Shown here one piece after another: positions 1-9,698 of a stretch of DNA of 55,900 nt. Source of the DNA: an uncultured bacterium (GTDB lineage Bacteria; Verrucomicrobiota; Verrucomicrobiia; Verrucomicrobiales; DEV007). Position 1 is the first letter of the stretch, and each line of letters starts with the position of its first letter. The notes beneath the pieces are model-generated. The model was not told where the DNA came from and made no database searches. It was given only the letters and a program-made list of their open reading frames with translations. Position numbers and translations under genes: made by a program. The stretch covers positions 1-55,900 of the forward strand of contig CAXBMO010000034.1 in the NCBI GenBank assembly GCA_963977015.1, given 5' to 3'.

Positions 1-300
1 TAGGGTAGCGCAGAACTTCAGTTTTCAAGTGTCCATTTTTCGGGAAACAGGTCAGCGGTCCTTTGGTTGGGGAAAACGGTCCTATTCTGAATCTACCGGC
101 CACCAGCCATCGAGACGGGGCGCCTGATGGCGACCCCTTCGTGGAAGGTGTTCGAGGAGCAAGCGAAGGTGAGGCCGCCGTCCCTCTCACACAATTCGAT
201 GGGAAGACCAAGAGACGGTGCCTTCTCGGCAACATTCGCAGAGTGCTAGCGCGAAATTGATTCATGATGGGGGGGATACAGATGAAAACCTCCAGAGAAG

Positions 301-1137
301 ATGAAAACCCCCATCCAACGCATTCTCGTACCACTCGATCCTTCCGAATATGCGAAAGCGGCAACCCTTAGAGCCTGTCAGAGCGCCCAATTGCATCAGG
401 CGCGTGTTACCGGCCTGACGGTCCTGGATGTTCCGGGAATTCGAACTGAGATCGCTCCGGCGGATCCCGTCCTCTGGGAGTTTGTCGAAAAGGGAATCCA
501 GTCTGGGATTGAGGACGCTCGCGAGAAGATCGGTAAGATCCAAGGGTTCTTTTCGGATACCTGCAGGGAATTCGAGGTGGAGCATGAAGACTTCAGTATA
601 GAAGGAGTACCTTCGCGGCTGTTGCTTGATGCGTCCGCGCTTCACGACCTGGTGGTGATTGGGGTGCGAACGTTATTTCACTTCGAGACCCGCAATCGAC
701 CGGGCAACTCGCTGGCGAAGCTCTTGGGGCGAACGGCGACCCCGATCCTGGCAGTCCCCCTTTCCACGAATGAGTCGTTCTACAAGAAGGTGGTGATCAC
801 TTACGATGGCAGCATGAATGCGGCTCGCACCTTGCGAGACTTTGCCAGTTTTGCGGCTCCCTTTGATTTTGAGATCACGGTGGTGAGTGCAGAAGATGAC
901 TCGCTCCACGGGGAATACCTGCTCCACGATGCCTCTTCCTATCTGCATGCTCACGGTTTCGAACAGTTCGATACCGTTCATGTGAAGAAGAGGAGCATCC
1001 CGTCAAATCTGTTGCGGGATGCGGACCTGATCGTGGCGGGGATCCATTCCAAGAAGTTTTTCAAAGATCAAGTGATCGGTAGCCTGACTCATCACCTGAT
1101 CGACCGTGGGGATACCGCGCTTTTTCTTTCGCATTGA
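301..1137 (+). CDS. Universal stress protein (tandem-USP-domain type)
   Basis: RILVPLDPSE N-terminal USP strand, DLVVIG, second domain VVITYDGS, C-terminal GS-T-LI motif; 278 aa. Confidence 0.9.
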   Translation: MKTPIQRILVPLDPSEYAKAATLRACQSAQLHQARVTGLTVLDVPGIRTEIAPADPVLWEFVEKGIQSGIEDAREKIGKIQGFFSDTCREFEVEHEDFSIEGVPSRLLLDASALHDLVVIGVRTLFHFETRNRPGNSLAKLLGRTATPILAVPLSTNESFYKKVVITYDGSMNAARTLRDFASFAAPFDFEITVVSAEDDSLHGEYLLHDASSYLHAHGFEQFDTVHVKKRSIPSNLLRDADLIVAGIHSKKFFKDQVIGSLTHHLIDRGDTALFLSH

Positions 1138-1187
1138 GAGATGAGAAAGGCCCGTGATGTCCGTCTACAAAAATTTTGGATTACGAT

Positions 1188-1202
1188 TACGCAAACGACC
1201 TA
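1188..1202 (+). promoter_or_regulatory. Candidate NarL/LuxR-family binding site TACG-N7-CCTA upstream of USP2-fds operon
   Basis: TACGcaaacgaCCTA; the same spaced motif recurs upstream of several other genes in this window. Confidence 0.55.
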
Positions 1203-1354
1203 AAGCCCTGGTGAGGTCGCTGCGAATATCGAGAAAATGGGGACTATTCTAGGGTTCCACACTCAACCTGTATGGGAGAAGGAATATCAACTCCTGCGCA
1301 GGGAAAGAAAACAGCAGTATAGCCAGGGTACAGACACTGAGAGATCGTTCTTGT

Positions 1355-2191
1355 ATGAAGACATCAATCCAACGAATTTTGGTTCCCCTCGACCCCTCTG
1401 AGTTTACAGAGGCAGCCACCTTGCGAGCCTGCGAAGTTGCAATGGCTCATGGAGCGAAACTTGCGGGGCTGGCGGTTCTGGATTCACCCGGGATCCGGTC
1501 GCAGGTTTCCCCGGTGGATATGCTCCACTGGCCTCTGGTTCGTGACGCCATCATGGATCTGGAGGCGGACGCGCAGGCGAAGATTGTAGAGTTGCAGAAT
1601 CGGTTTGCCTGGACGTGCAAGAGTCACCGGATCTCCCATGTGGAATCCGATCTAACGGGTGTGCCGGCGAATATGATTTTGGAAGCTTCGGTCCTCCATG
1701 ATCTGGTCGTAATGGGGTTGCGAACCTATTACCATTTTGAGACGAGGGAAGGGGCGGGGAAATCCTTGAGCCAGGTGTTGACCCAGACTTCAACGCCCAT
1801 TCTTGCGGTCCCGAAAGTACAATCACGGGAGCCGTTTCAGCGGGTCATGATTGCCTACGATGGGAGCCTCAGTGCGGGTAGAGCGCTACGCGATTTCTGT
1901 GGGTTTGCCGAGCCCTATGATTTTGAGATTACCATTCTAACCGCTCACCCGGATGAAAGCCATGCTGAGTTTCTTCTGAACCAGGCTGCGGATTGCCTTC
2001 ATGTTCATGGGATCAACGGATTCAGTCTCCAGAATTTCAAAAGTGATTCGATTCCCGTTTCTGCCTTGGAGGGAGCTGAGCTTGTCGTGGCGGGTATTCA
2101 TTCCAAGCGCCACTTCAAGGATCTTGTCGTCGGAAGCTTTACCAGGGAGATCATCGATCGCGGTGATACGGCGATGTTCCTCTCTCACTAG
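1355..2191 (+). CDS. Universal stress protein, paralogue of 301..1137
   Basis: Same length (278 aa) and same termini (MKTSIQRILVPLDPSE ... DRGDTAMFLSH). Confidence 0.9.
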   Translation: MKTSIQRILVPLDPSEFTEAATLRACEVAMAHGAKLAGLAVLDSPGIRSQVSPVDMLHWPLVRDAIMDLEADAQAKIVELQNRFAWTCKSHRISHVESDLTGVPANMILEASVLHDLVVMGLRTYYHFETREGAGKSLSQVLTQTSTPILAVPKVQSREPFQRVMIAYDGSLSAGRALRDFCGFAEPYDFEITILTAHPDESHAEFLLNQAADCLHVHGINGFSLQNFKSDSIPVSALEGAELVVAGIHSKRHFKDLVVGSFTREIIDRGDTAMFLSH

Positions 2192-2200
2192 TCCGTTCCT

Positions 2201-3904
2201 ATGGCCAACTCATCTCTAGTTCCTCCGTCGTCTCAGCGCCTTCCCGGGCGATTGAAGTTCTGGGATGCCCATGGCGGAAACGTTTCGCCCTTTCATGGGA
2301 TTCGGGATTACGTCCTCAACCATGGCGTGCCGGGCCCCAACGATACTACGCGGTTGGCAAGCGAACTCCGAATCCCCGAGGCAACGGTTCGTGGGGTTGC
2401 GACCTACTATGCAGAATTCGGGACCCTTGCTGAGCTTGCTGTCTGCGATGGAACGTCCTGCCGTCTGGCGGGTTCGACGGAACTTTGCGATCGTCTTGAC
2501 GAACGCGGTGGCCGTTATCAGAAGATTTATTGCCTGGGATTTTGCGATCGTTCTCCTGCCTTGATGGAGAAAGATGGCCGGGTCTTTCTTCAGGAAGATG
2601 CATACGGATTCATATCCGGGAAAGGCGGACACCGGGAGGATCACGGAAATGATCTGCCGATGATTCGCGGCTTGGCCACGAAGAATGTGGTTACCGGTCG
2701 ATTGCTCAAGGGGGGAGCTCCTGGTCTGGATGCGGCGCTCAAACTTGGTGCGTATGATAGTCTGAAAGCGGCGGTGAAGCTGGACCCCGGCGATCTGCTG
2801 GATTTGATGGAGCGCTCGGGCGAGCGGGGGAGGGGAGGAGCCGGGTTCTCAACTGGCAGGAAATGGAGAACCTGCGCGGAGGCGGTCTCTGATCAGCGAT
2901 ACGTCATTGCCAACGGAGATGAAGGTGACCCGGGGGCTTTTGTCGATCGCGTCCTGATGGAGGAAGATCCTCACGGAATTCTCGAAGGCATGATTCTATG
3001 TGGGTATGCCATTGGAGCAACGAAAGGGATTGTCTACATCCGTTCGGAGTATCCACTGGCGATGAAGCGCATGCAGCAGGCCATTGATGAAGCCCGTGCG
3101 CAGGGGCTTCTCGGGGCCAAGCTCTTGGGAACCGGTTTTGACTTTGAGGTGGACGTTTTCTCCGGAATGGGAAGCTATGTTTGCGGGGAGGAAACCGCGA
3201 TGATCAACGCCATCGAAGGGCTGCGAGGCGAAGTCCAGATTCGGCCTCCGTATCCGGCCGAACACGGGCTCTATGGGAAACCGACCGTGGTGAACAATGT
3301 GGAGACCTTGTTGAACGTCCCGTTCATCGTTCGCGAAGGTGCCGAAACCTATGCAGATCTGGGAACAGAGGCTTCCCATGGCACGAAGGTGATCTCATTG
3401 AACCATGGATTTGCGAACCCGGGTCTGGTGGAAATCGAGTTTGGAATCACGCTTCACGAAGTCATTCAGGAAGTCGGTGGCGGCGGAAAAGATGGCAAGA
3501 AGTTGGCGGCGGTGATCCTGGGCGGACCGATGGGAAGCATCGTATTGCCCAAAGACTGGAACCTGCCGATTTGCTACGAAGCCCTTTCCCGCAATGGGGT
3601 TCAGTTTGGTCATGGCAGCATCGTTGCATTACCGGAAGATACCGATTTCCACGGGCTTCTGGAGCACTGGATCGAGTTCATGGTTCATGAGTCCTGCGGG
3701 AAGTGCGTTCCCTGCAGTCTGGGCTCCCAGTGTGCGGCGAATGCTCTGGACAGCGAACTGACGGCTGCGGCAAAAAAGGCGCGACTCGACGAACTCTTTA
3801 CGGCGATGGAGCAGGGGAGCCTTTGCGCGTTTGGGCAGTTCATCCCGAATCCCATGCGACAACTCATCGAGCATTTTGGCGACCGAATCTTTAACGAAGG
3901 CTGA
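2201..3904 (+). CDS. fdsB: NAD-dependent formate dehydrogenase diaphorase subunit, NuoE/FdsG-like 2Fe-2S domain fused to NuoF/FdsB
   Basis: VRGVATYY, CDGTSC...CLGFC (NuoE); GRGGAGF, NGDEGDPG, YVCGEET, ESCGKCVPC, SLCAFG (NuoF). Confidence 0.88.
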   Translation: MANSSLVPPSSQRLPGRLKFWDAHGGNVSPFHGIRDYVLNHGVPGPNDTTRLASELRIPEATVRGVATYYAEFGTLAELAVCDGTSCRLAGSTELCDRLDERGGRYQKIYCLGFCDRSPALMEKDGRVFLQEDAYGFISGKGGHREDHGNDLPMIRGLATKNVVTGRLLKGGAPGLDAALKLGAYDSLKAAVKLDPGDLLDLMERSGERGRGGAGFSTGRKWRTCAEAVSDQRYVIANGDEGDPGAFVDRVLMEEDPHGILEGMILCGYAIGATKGIVYIRSEYPLAMKRMQQAIDEARAQGLLGAKLLGTGFDFEVDVFSGMGSYVCGEETAMINAIEGLRGEVQIRPPYPAEHGLYGKPTVVNNVETLLNVPFIVREGAETYADLGTEASHGTKVISLNHGFANPGLVEIEFGITLHEVIQEVGGGGKDGKKLAAVILGGPMGSIVLPKDWNLPICYEALSRNGVQFGHGSIVALPEDTDFHGLLEHWIEFMVHESCGKCVPCSLGSQCAANALDSELTAAAKKARLDELFTAMEQGSLCAFGQFIPNPMRQLIEHFGDRIFNEG

Positions 3905-3907
3905 TTC

Positions 3908-6601
3908 ATGATAAACAAGGCCACCATTAACGGGAAAGAAGTGCCGGTTTCTTCAGGCCTGACGATTCTGGACGCGGCGAAAGTACTCCAACTGGAAATC
4001 CCGACCCTGTGCCATGCCGACCATCTTCAACCCGAGGGCGGTTGTCGAATGTGTCTGGTTCAATGTGAGGGCAAAGACCGGCCGGTGGCATCATGCCACA
4101 CGGAAATCGAGCCGGGAATGGTGATTCGGACCCACACCCCGGAGATTGAGTCCCTTCGTCGAACCATCCTCACCCTGTACGAAGGATCAGGGGAGATGAC
4201 GGGGTTCACTGAAGGCTCCGTCATGTCGGGGCGATTCAGGGACCTGATGGAAACGTATCGATTGTGGAACGGGGAATCCGAACCGGGAGAGCCCACGCCG
4301 ACTGACGAAAGTCACCCCTATCTCCGGTTTCAAGCAGACGCCTGCATCACCTGCCGATTGTGTCTCAATGTCTGCGAGCAAGTTCAGGGGCAATTCGTTT
4401 TCGGGATCGAAAACCGGGGACCACACTCACGCCTCGTGTTCGGGGCTGGTGACGAGTTCGCGGAGAGTCCCTGCGTGGCCTGTGGCGCGTGCATCGACGT
4501 CTGCCCGACTGGTGCGCTGTTTGATGTCGACCGAATGACGATCGTCGAGGAAGCAAAGCATACCGAAACGGTTTGTGGATACTGCGGCGTCGGCTGCCGC
4601 TTGGATGTCGTTTCCGAAAAGAACCGGGTTCGGCGCATTGATCCGGTCCGGGATGCGGCGGTGAATCGCGGACATCTTTGCGTGAAGGGACGATACGCCC
4701 ACGCGTGGCACCATTCGGAGGATCGCCTGACAACGCCGCTCATCCGGGAAGGCGGAAGTTTACGCGAAGCCAGTTGGGAAGAGGCACTGCAATATATTAC
4801 AGACCGGTTGAACCAGATTCGGGAGAAGTTCGGGCCCGATTCGTTGGGGGCGTTCACATCGTCCCGTTCCACCAACGAAGCCTGCTATCTTCTCCAGAAA
4901 CTCTTTCGTTCGGTCATTCAAACCAACAACGTTGACTGTTGTGCGCGCGTTTGTCATTCCTCGACGGCTCTGGCCTTGCAACTGGTCACCGGAACGGGAG
5001 CAGCTTCGGCTTCCTATACCGATTTTGAGAAAGCAGGATGCATCGTCGTCGCCGGTGCCAATCCGACCGAAGCTCATCCGGTGGCCGGCGCCCGAATCAA
5101 GCAGGCCGCACTGAATGGAGTGCCACTGATTGTGATTGACCCGCGCCGAATTGAACTGGCGGAGTATGCGGATGCCCATCTTCAACTGTTACCCGGCACG
5201 AACGTCGCCCTCTTCAATGGAATGGCCAAGGTCTTGATTGAAGAGAATCTGGCAAACCTGGAGTATGCCAGGGAACGCACCGAGGGGTTGGAAGAATTGG
5301 TCGAGTTTCTGGAACGAGTTTCGCTCACCGAAGTCTCTTTGATTACGGGGGTGGCCGAAGACGAAATCGTCTTCGCGGCCCGGCTGATCGCGAAGCATGC
5401 TCCCGCGCTCTTTGTGCACGGCCTGGGCTTGTCTGAACTCATGCAGGGAACGGCCTCGGTCATGACGCTGTGTAACCTGGGAATGCTGACCGGAAGTATT
5501 GGAAAACCGGGGGCGGGGATGTTGCCACTGCGCGGGCAGAACAATGTCCAGGGCAGTGCTGATATGGGGAGTATGCCCACTCACTTTACGGGGTATCAAC
5601 CGGTGGATGATCCAGATGTCCGTGCGCTGTTTCAGGAATACTGGGGTGAGCTTCCCCCAACCAAGCCAGGCCTGACAAGCACGCTGATGTTGCAGGAAGC
5701 CGCGAAAGGAAACCAGATCAAGGGACTCTGGCTCATGGGGGAAGACGTCGTGCAGAGCGACCCCAATCAAACCGAAGTGGTTCGGGCGCTGGAAAACCTC
5801 GACCTCATCATCGTCCAGGATCTGTTCATCTCTGAAACGGCGAAGTATGCCCACGTCGTGTTGCCGGCATGTGGGTTTCTGGAGCAGGAGGGAACGTTTA
5901 CCAACGGTGAACGGCGAATTCAACACGTCCGCCCCGCCGTGGAGGCTCCCGGAGAATCGAGGCCGGATTGGGTGGTGGTTTGTCAGGTTGCCGAGTTGAT
6001 GGGCCGTTCCTGGAATTATGATTCGCCGGCCGACGTGATGGAGGAAATTGCCAAGGTCGCTCCCAACCTGTTTGGCGGGGTTCGCTACGATCGTCTTGCG
6101 CCGGATGGTTTGCAGTGGCCTTGTCCGACTTCGAGTCACCCCGGAACATCGACCGTTCATGAGGAGCGCTTTCTCAGGGGGAAAGGAAAACTGGTCGCGG
6201 TCGACTACGAGGCCAGCCCCGAACACGGCGTCGAGGGGTTCGATTACCTGCTCGTAACCGGCCGGTTGCTGGAACACTACAATGTTGGCACGATGACGCG
6301 GCGGACTCCTCAGCAGGATTTGATCGATCGTGATGAACTGGAAATCAACCCGATCGATGCCGCCAACGAGGGGATTCGGGAAGGGGAAACGGTATCCCTT
6401 GGCAGCCGCTGGGGTGAAATTGACGTGCCTGTCAGGTTATCGACCAGGATTGCGCCCGGCACTCTCTTCCTCACCTTTCACTATCCTGAATCCAACACCA
6501 ACCGTCTCACCGGGCCTACCCTCGATCCTCAATCCAAGTGTCCCCAGTTTAAGGCGACGGCCGTTCGAATATCCACCAAGGGAAGCCTGATTCATGACTG
6601 A
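3908..6601 (+). CDS. fdsA: Formate dehydrogenase alpha subunit (Mo/W-bisPGD, Cys ligand)
   Basis: N-terminal 2Fe-2S and 4Fe-4S motifs (CITCRLC, CVACGACIDVCPTG), CGYCGVGC, CARVCHSST, PLRGQNNVQG. Confidence 0.93.
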   Translation: MINKATINGKEVPVSSGLTILDAAKVLQLEIPTLCHADHLQPEGGCRMCLVQCEGKDRPVASCHTEIEPGMVIRTHTPEIESLRRTILTLYEGSGEMTGFTEGSVMSGRFRDLMETYRLWNGESEPGEPTPTDESHPYLRFQADACITCRLCLNVCEQVQGQFVFGIENRGPHSRLVFGAGDEFAESPCVACGACIDVCPTGALFDVDRMTIVEEAKHTETVCGYCGVGCRLDVVSEKNRVRRIDPVRDAAVNRGHLCVKGRYAHAWHHSEDRLTTPLIREGGSLREASWEEALQYITDRLNQIREKFGPDSLGAFTSSRSTNEACYLLQKLFRSVIQTNNVDCCARVCHSSTALALQLVTGTGAASASYTDFEKAGCIVVAGANPTEAHPVAGARIKQAALNGVPLIVIDPRRIELAEYADAHLQLLPGTNVALFNGMAKVLIEENLANLEYARERTEGLEELVEFLERVSLTEVSLITGVAEDEIVFAARLIAKHAPALFVHGLGLSELMQGTASVMTLCNLGMLTGSIGKPGAGMLPLRGQNNVQGSADMGSMPTHFTGYQPVDDPDVRALFQEYWGELPPTKPGLTSTLMLQEAAKGNQIKGLWLMGEDVVQSDPNQTEVVRALENLDLIIVQDLFISETAKYAHVVLPACGFLEQEGTFTNGERRIQHVRPAVEAPGESRPDWVVVCQVAELMGRSWNYDSPADVMEEIAKVAPNLFGGVRYDRLAPDGLQWPCPTSSHPGTSTVHEERFLRGKGKLVAVDYEASPEHGVEGFDYLLVTGRLLEHYNVGTMTRRTPQQDLIDRDELEINPIDAANEGIREGETVSLGSRWGEIDVPVRLSTRIAPGTLFLTFHYPESNTNRLTGPTLDPQSKCPQFKATAVRISTKGSLIHD

Positions 6602-7409
6602 AATTTATGGGAGCGAGGACTATTCGCCAAAAGAGATCGCCAATCGCGTCGAAAGAGTCGGCGTCAGCAAGGCCAACCTCCCGCTGCTCTCCATGGCTGC
6701 GCTGGGAATTCTGGCCGGGGGATTCATTGGTTTCGGCGCCTTGTTCTATAACGTGGTGGCCTGCGACCCAACGCTGGGGTTCGCCGCCAAGCGCGTCATC
6801 GGCGGCGTGGCGTTTTCCCTGGGGCTGATTCTCGTCGTCGTTGCCGGGGCGGAGCTTTTTACGGGCAACAATCTGATGGTGATGGCTGCGGTTAGTCGAA
6901 AGATCACCCTCCGGCAGTTGCTCCGAAATTTTGCGATCGTCTATGTTGCGAACCTGGTCGGCGCCGTCGGTCTGGCCGGAATCGTGGCGTTGTCAGGCCA
7001 CGGAGAAATGAACCAGGGCGCCGTTGCCGACAGCGCCATCCAAATCGCGATCGCGAAGACGGAGTTGGGATTTCAGGAGGCCTTCTTCAAGGGCGTTCTC
7101 TGCAATATTCTCGTTTGCCTTGCCGTCTGGCTCTCACTGGCCGGGCGTCACGTTATCGACAAAATCGTAGCGGTAATATTCCCTATCGCGGCGTTTGTCG
7201 CTGCCGGATTCGAGCACTGCGTCGCCAATATGTATTTTGTACCGCTGGGGATTTTCTTGAACGGAGCGGAAGTTTCGCCGGATCTGGGGTGGGCTGCGTT
7301 CCTGTGGAAGAATCTGGTTCCCGTCACCTTGGGAAACGTCGCGGGAGGGGCCGGGATGGTTGGTAGTGTCTATTGGGTCATTTATTGCCGCAACGTCAAA
7401 TCATCATGA
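6594..7409 (+). CDS. focA: Formate/nitrite transporter (FNT) family channel
   Basis: GAELFTGN, KGVLCNILVCLAVW, GFEHCVANM, VTLGN motifs; overlaps the fdsA stop. Confidence 0.9.
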   Translation: MTEIYGSEDYSPKEIANRVERVGVSKANLPLLSMAALGILAGGFIGFGALFYNVVACDPTLGFAAKRVIGGVAFSLGLILVVVAGAELFTGNNLMVMAAVSRKITLRQLLRNFAIVYVANLVGAVGLAGIVALSGHGEMNQGAVADSAIQIAIAKTELGFQEAFFKGVLCNILVCLAVWLSLAGRHVIDKIVAVIFPIAAFVAAGFEHCVANMYFVPLGIFLNGAEVSPDLGWAAFLWKNLVPVTLGNVAGGAGMVGSVYWVIYCRNVKSS

Positions 7410-7437
7410 GTCGGAGTATCCATAAAGGAGATTCAAG

Positions 7438-8826
7438 GTGAAGGCGTCAGTTCACACCGCTTGGGACGTTTCCGTTGAGGATATAAGAGAGCGGATCTTT
7501 GAATATCTGGGCGGAAGTGATCCAGGATCCGTGACCTGTTGTTCCATTGCTATCTGTGATACCGAAGATCCAACGCACATGAAGATTTACCCGACGGAAG
7601 CCTTGGAAAGTCTGTTGGAGCAAGGTGCGCCTTTGGCGAGATCACTGGATGATAGCGAGTCGATTCTCGCGCATTTGGATATTGAATACGTCGACTTTGA
7701 TGATCCGGCCGCCGCATTCATGGATCCTTGGAAGGCGTTTCAACGTCAGGAGCCGGTTGTCGCGGCCATCGAAGAATTGCTGGTAAACTGGGGCATTCGT
7801 CCGCTTCATCTCATCACCGGGCAGGGGCATCACTTTGTTTGGCGGGTTTTGCGAGGCTCGTTGGTGGCGGATCGAATTGGGAATCTGGCGTTTGATACAC
7901 AGCACGGAGTCAACGGAGAACATGAGCGGGTATTCGGAGGGCTTGCGCTCCTGATGGAGTATTTGGCACAGAGAGTCAGGACCGAGGCCTTGAGCCATTC
8001 CGAGATTCCAGTGGAACTCACCGCCGTTCATGTGGGACAAGGTTCATCAGGTCAACGTGACATGATTTCCATTGATATTTCGGAGTATGGGGATCCGCTG
8101 AATTCGCGGTATGTCAGGGTGCCGTTTACCACCTACCGGAAACCTTGGGAATCCGGCCTGGTTCGGGAGCGGGGGCTCGACGGCCAGATCGGACATTTTG
8201 TGACCCTGCCCTTGCACGAAATGGATGTGTTCCAGTGTATCAAGGCCCGGCAGGATTCTTCGGACATCGCCGCGATCGCGAAACGCGCCTGTGTCCGAAT
8301 TCCAAATCAGGCGACCGGAATGGGGAGGCTTATCGACGCATACGAGGGGTCGACGTTGCGAACGTTTCACCGGCACTTCTACCGTGATGAACACGATCCC
8401 CCCGAACAATGGCCCTGGACCTACGACAGGGCGCCTCTCGACGACTATCCTGATTGCCTAAGACATATTCTCACCTTTCCCAACGACCTGCTTCTCAAGC
8501 CCGCAGGGATTCAATTGGCGACCCGTTGCCTTCTGGCCGTGGGCTGGCGACCGCGGCACATCGCCGGGTTGATTCGCTCCAAATTCGAGAACCCGGGTTT
8601 CAATTGGGGGAAGATCTGGGAGGGGTATGACCCGGCGATGCGCGCCGACTTTTACGTGCGAACCTTTGCCGGGCAGATCGCCATCGGGCAAGATCCAGCG
8701 ATCGACTTCAATTGCACTTCGCAGCAGGAAAAGGGTTTCTGTTGGCAGGGCGAGCGACCATGCAGCCTTCTGCCTTTCCACGACCGTTTGATAACGAAAA
8801 ATCTGATTGGAGAAAATGATGAGTGA
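7438..8826 (+). CDS. Hypothetical protein; predicted AEP primase-polymerase domain fused to PriL-like Fe-S domain
   Basis: GTG start with AAGGAG RBS; LDIE (DxE), TGQGHH, SID...RYVRVP; C-terminal PDC...FNC-x8-C-x6-C. Confidence 0.65.
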   Translation: MKASVHTAWDVSVEDIRERIFEYLGGSDPGSVTCCSIAICDTEDPTHMKIYPTEALESLLEQGAPLARSLDDSESILAHLDIEYVDFDDPAAAFMDPWKAFQRQEPVVAAIEELLVNWGIRPLHLITGQGHHFVWRVLRGSLVADRIGNLAFDTQHGVNGEHERVFGGLALLMEYLAQRVRTEALSHSEIPVELTAVHVGQGSSGQRDMISIDISEYGDPLNSRYVRVPFTTYRKPWESGLVRERGLDGQIGHFVTLPLHEMDVFQCIKARQDSSDIAAIAKRACVRIPNQATGMGRLIDAYEGSTLRTFHRHFYRDEHDPPEQWPWTYDRAPLDDYPDCLRHILTFPNDLLLKPAGIQLATRCLLAVGWRPRHIAGLIRSKFENPGFNWGKIWEGYDPAMRADFYVRTFAGQIAIGQDPAIDFNCTSQQEKGFCWQGERPCSLLPFHDRLITKNLIGENDE

Positions 8827-9670
8827 TTGGCCCTACGGAATTTCTACCGGATGCTTCTACCAAACCCCGTTCTTGGAGGCGATTCCCCACGTTCGAGATG
8901 GGGGATTTACCCTGATTGAGGTTTGCTCGTTCCCCAAGCATTTGGACTGTCATGATCACAAACAAGTCGAAGCGGCGGCGAAGGTGATGGAAGCCATGGG
9001 AATCGAGGCGCTATCGCTCCATGCGCCATTTGCGAATCATATCGACATCGCTTCGCCAAATGCAACGCAGCGTGAGGAGTCCGTTCGCGAGGTGATCATT
9101 GCGTGTGAAGCCGCGCATGCCCTTGCTGCGAACTATATCGTTCTTCATCCCGGACCGGAAAGAGAAGGGCGGCCAACTTCCACCGATTGGTATGACCGGG
9201 CTCATTACGCGGCTGACTCGTTGAACCAGGTGGCGGAACGTTGTTACGAATTGAAAATCTCCCTGTTGTTGGAGAACATGTTGCCTCATCTCATGTTTGG
9301 GCACACCAGCGATATGCTCTTTTTGTTGGGAGCCATACGGAGAACCAACGTGGGAACCTGTCTCGATACCGGACATGCCTTTCTTTCCGGTGACATCAAA
9401 ACCGTCGTCCACAAGCTCTCCGGCCATTTGCGCATGCTTCATGCCAATGACAATAACGGTCATGGGGATGATCATTTGCCGCCAGGGTTGGGAAAAGTGG
9501 ATTGGCGGCCCTTGATACGGCAGCTACGGCGCTATCAATTTCAGGGGACCCTGATTCTCGAACTGTCAGGCCATGGAACGTCTGAAGAGATCATGAGTGG
9601 AGCGAGAATCGCCCGAAAATATCTCAACGAAATGTGTCGGGAAATTGAGGTGGAAGACGCTGAATGGTAA
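8819..9670 (+). CDS. Sugar phosphate isomerase/epimerase / AP endonuclease 2 family TIM barrel metalloenzyme
   Basis: HAPF, VLHPG, LLENM, LDTGHA, HANDN..DDHLPPG.G.VDW, LEL motifs; overlaps the upstream stop; start 8816 or 8819. Confidence 0.85.
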   Translation: MSDWPYGISTGCFYQTPFLEAIPHVRDGGFTLIEVCSFPKHLDCHDHKQVEAAAKVMEAMGIEALSLHAPFANHIDIASPNATQREESVREVIIACEAAHALAANYIVLHPGPEREGRPTSTDWYDRAHYAADSLNQVAERCYELKISLLLENMLPHLMFGHTSDMLFLLGAIRRTNVGTCLDTGHAFLSGDIKTVVHKLSGHLRMLHANDNNGHGDDHLPPGLGKVDWRPLIRQLRRYQFQGTLILELSGHGTSEEIMSGARIARKYLNEMCREIEVEDAEW

Positions 9671-9698
9671 GGGGAACAGGCGTCGCTCAACTCCTGTC

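Noticed and set aside
4930-4965. Possible selenocysteine in the FDH active site
   Set aside because: The active site reads CARVCH with TGT codons and there is no in-frame TGA.
5189-6277. Long antisense ORFs (also 10857..12815, 15020..16096, 18290..19543, 36514..37695, 38814..39854, 40029..41204)
   Set aside because: Shadow frames of well-supported genes in GC-rich DNA, with no motifs of their own.
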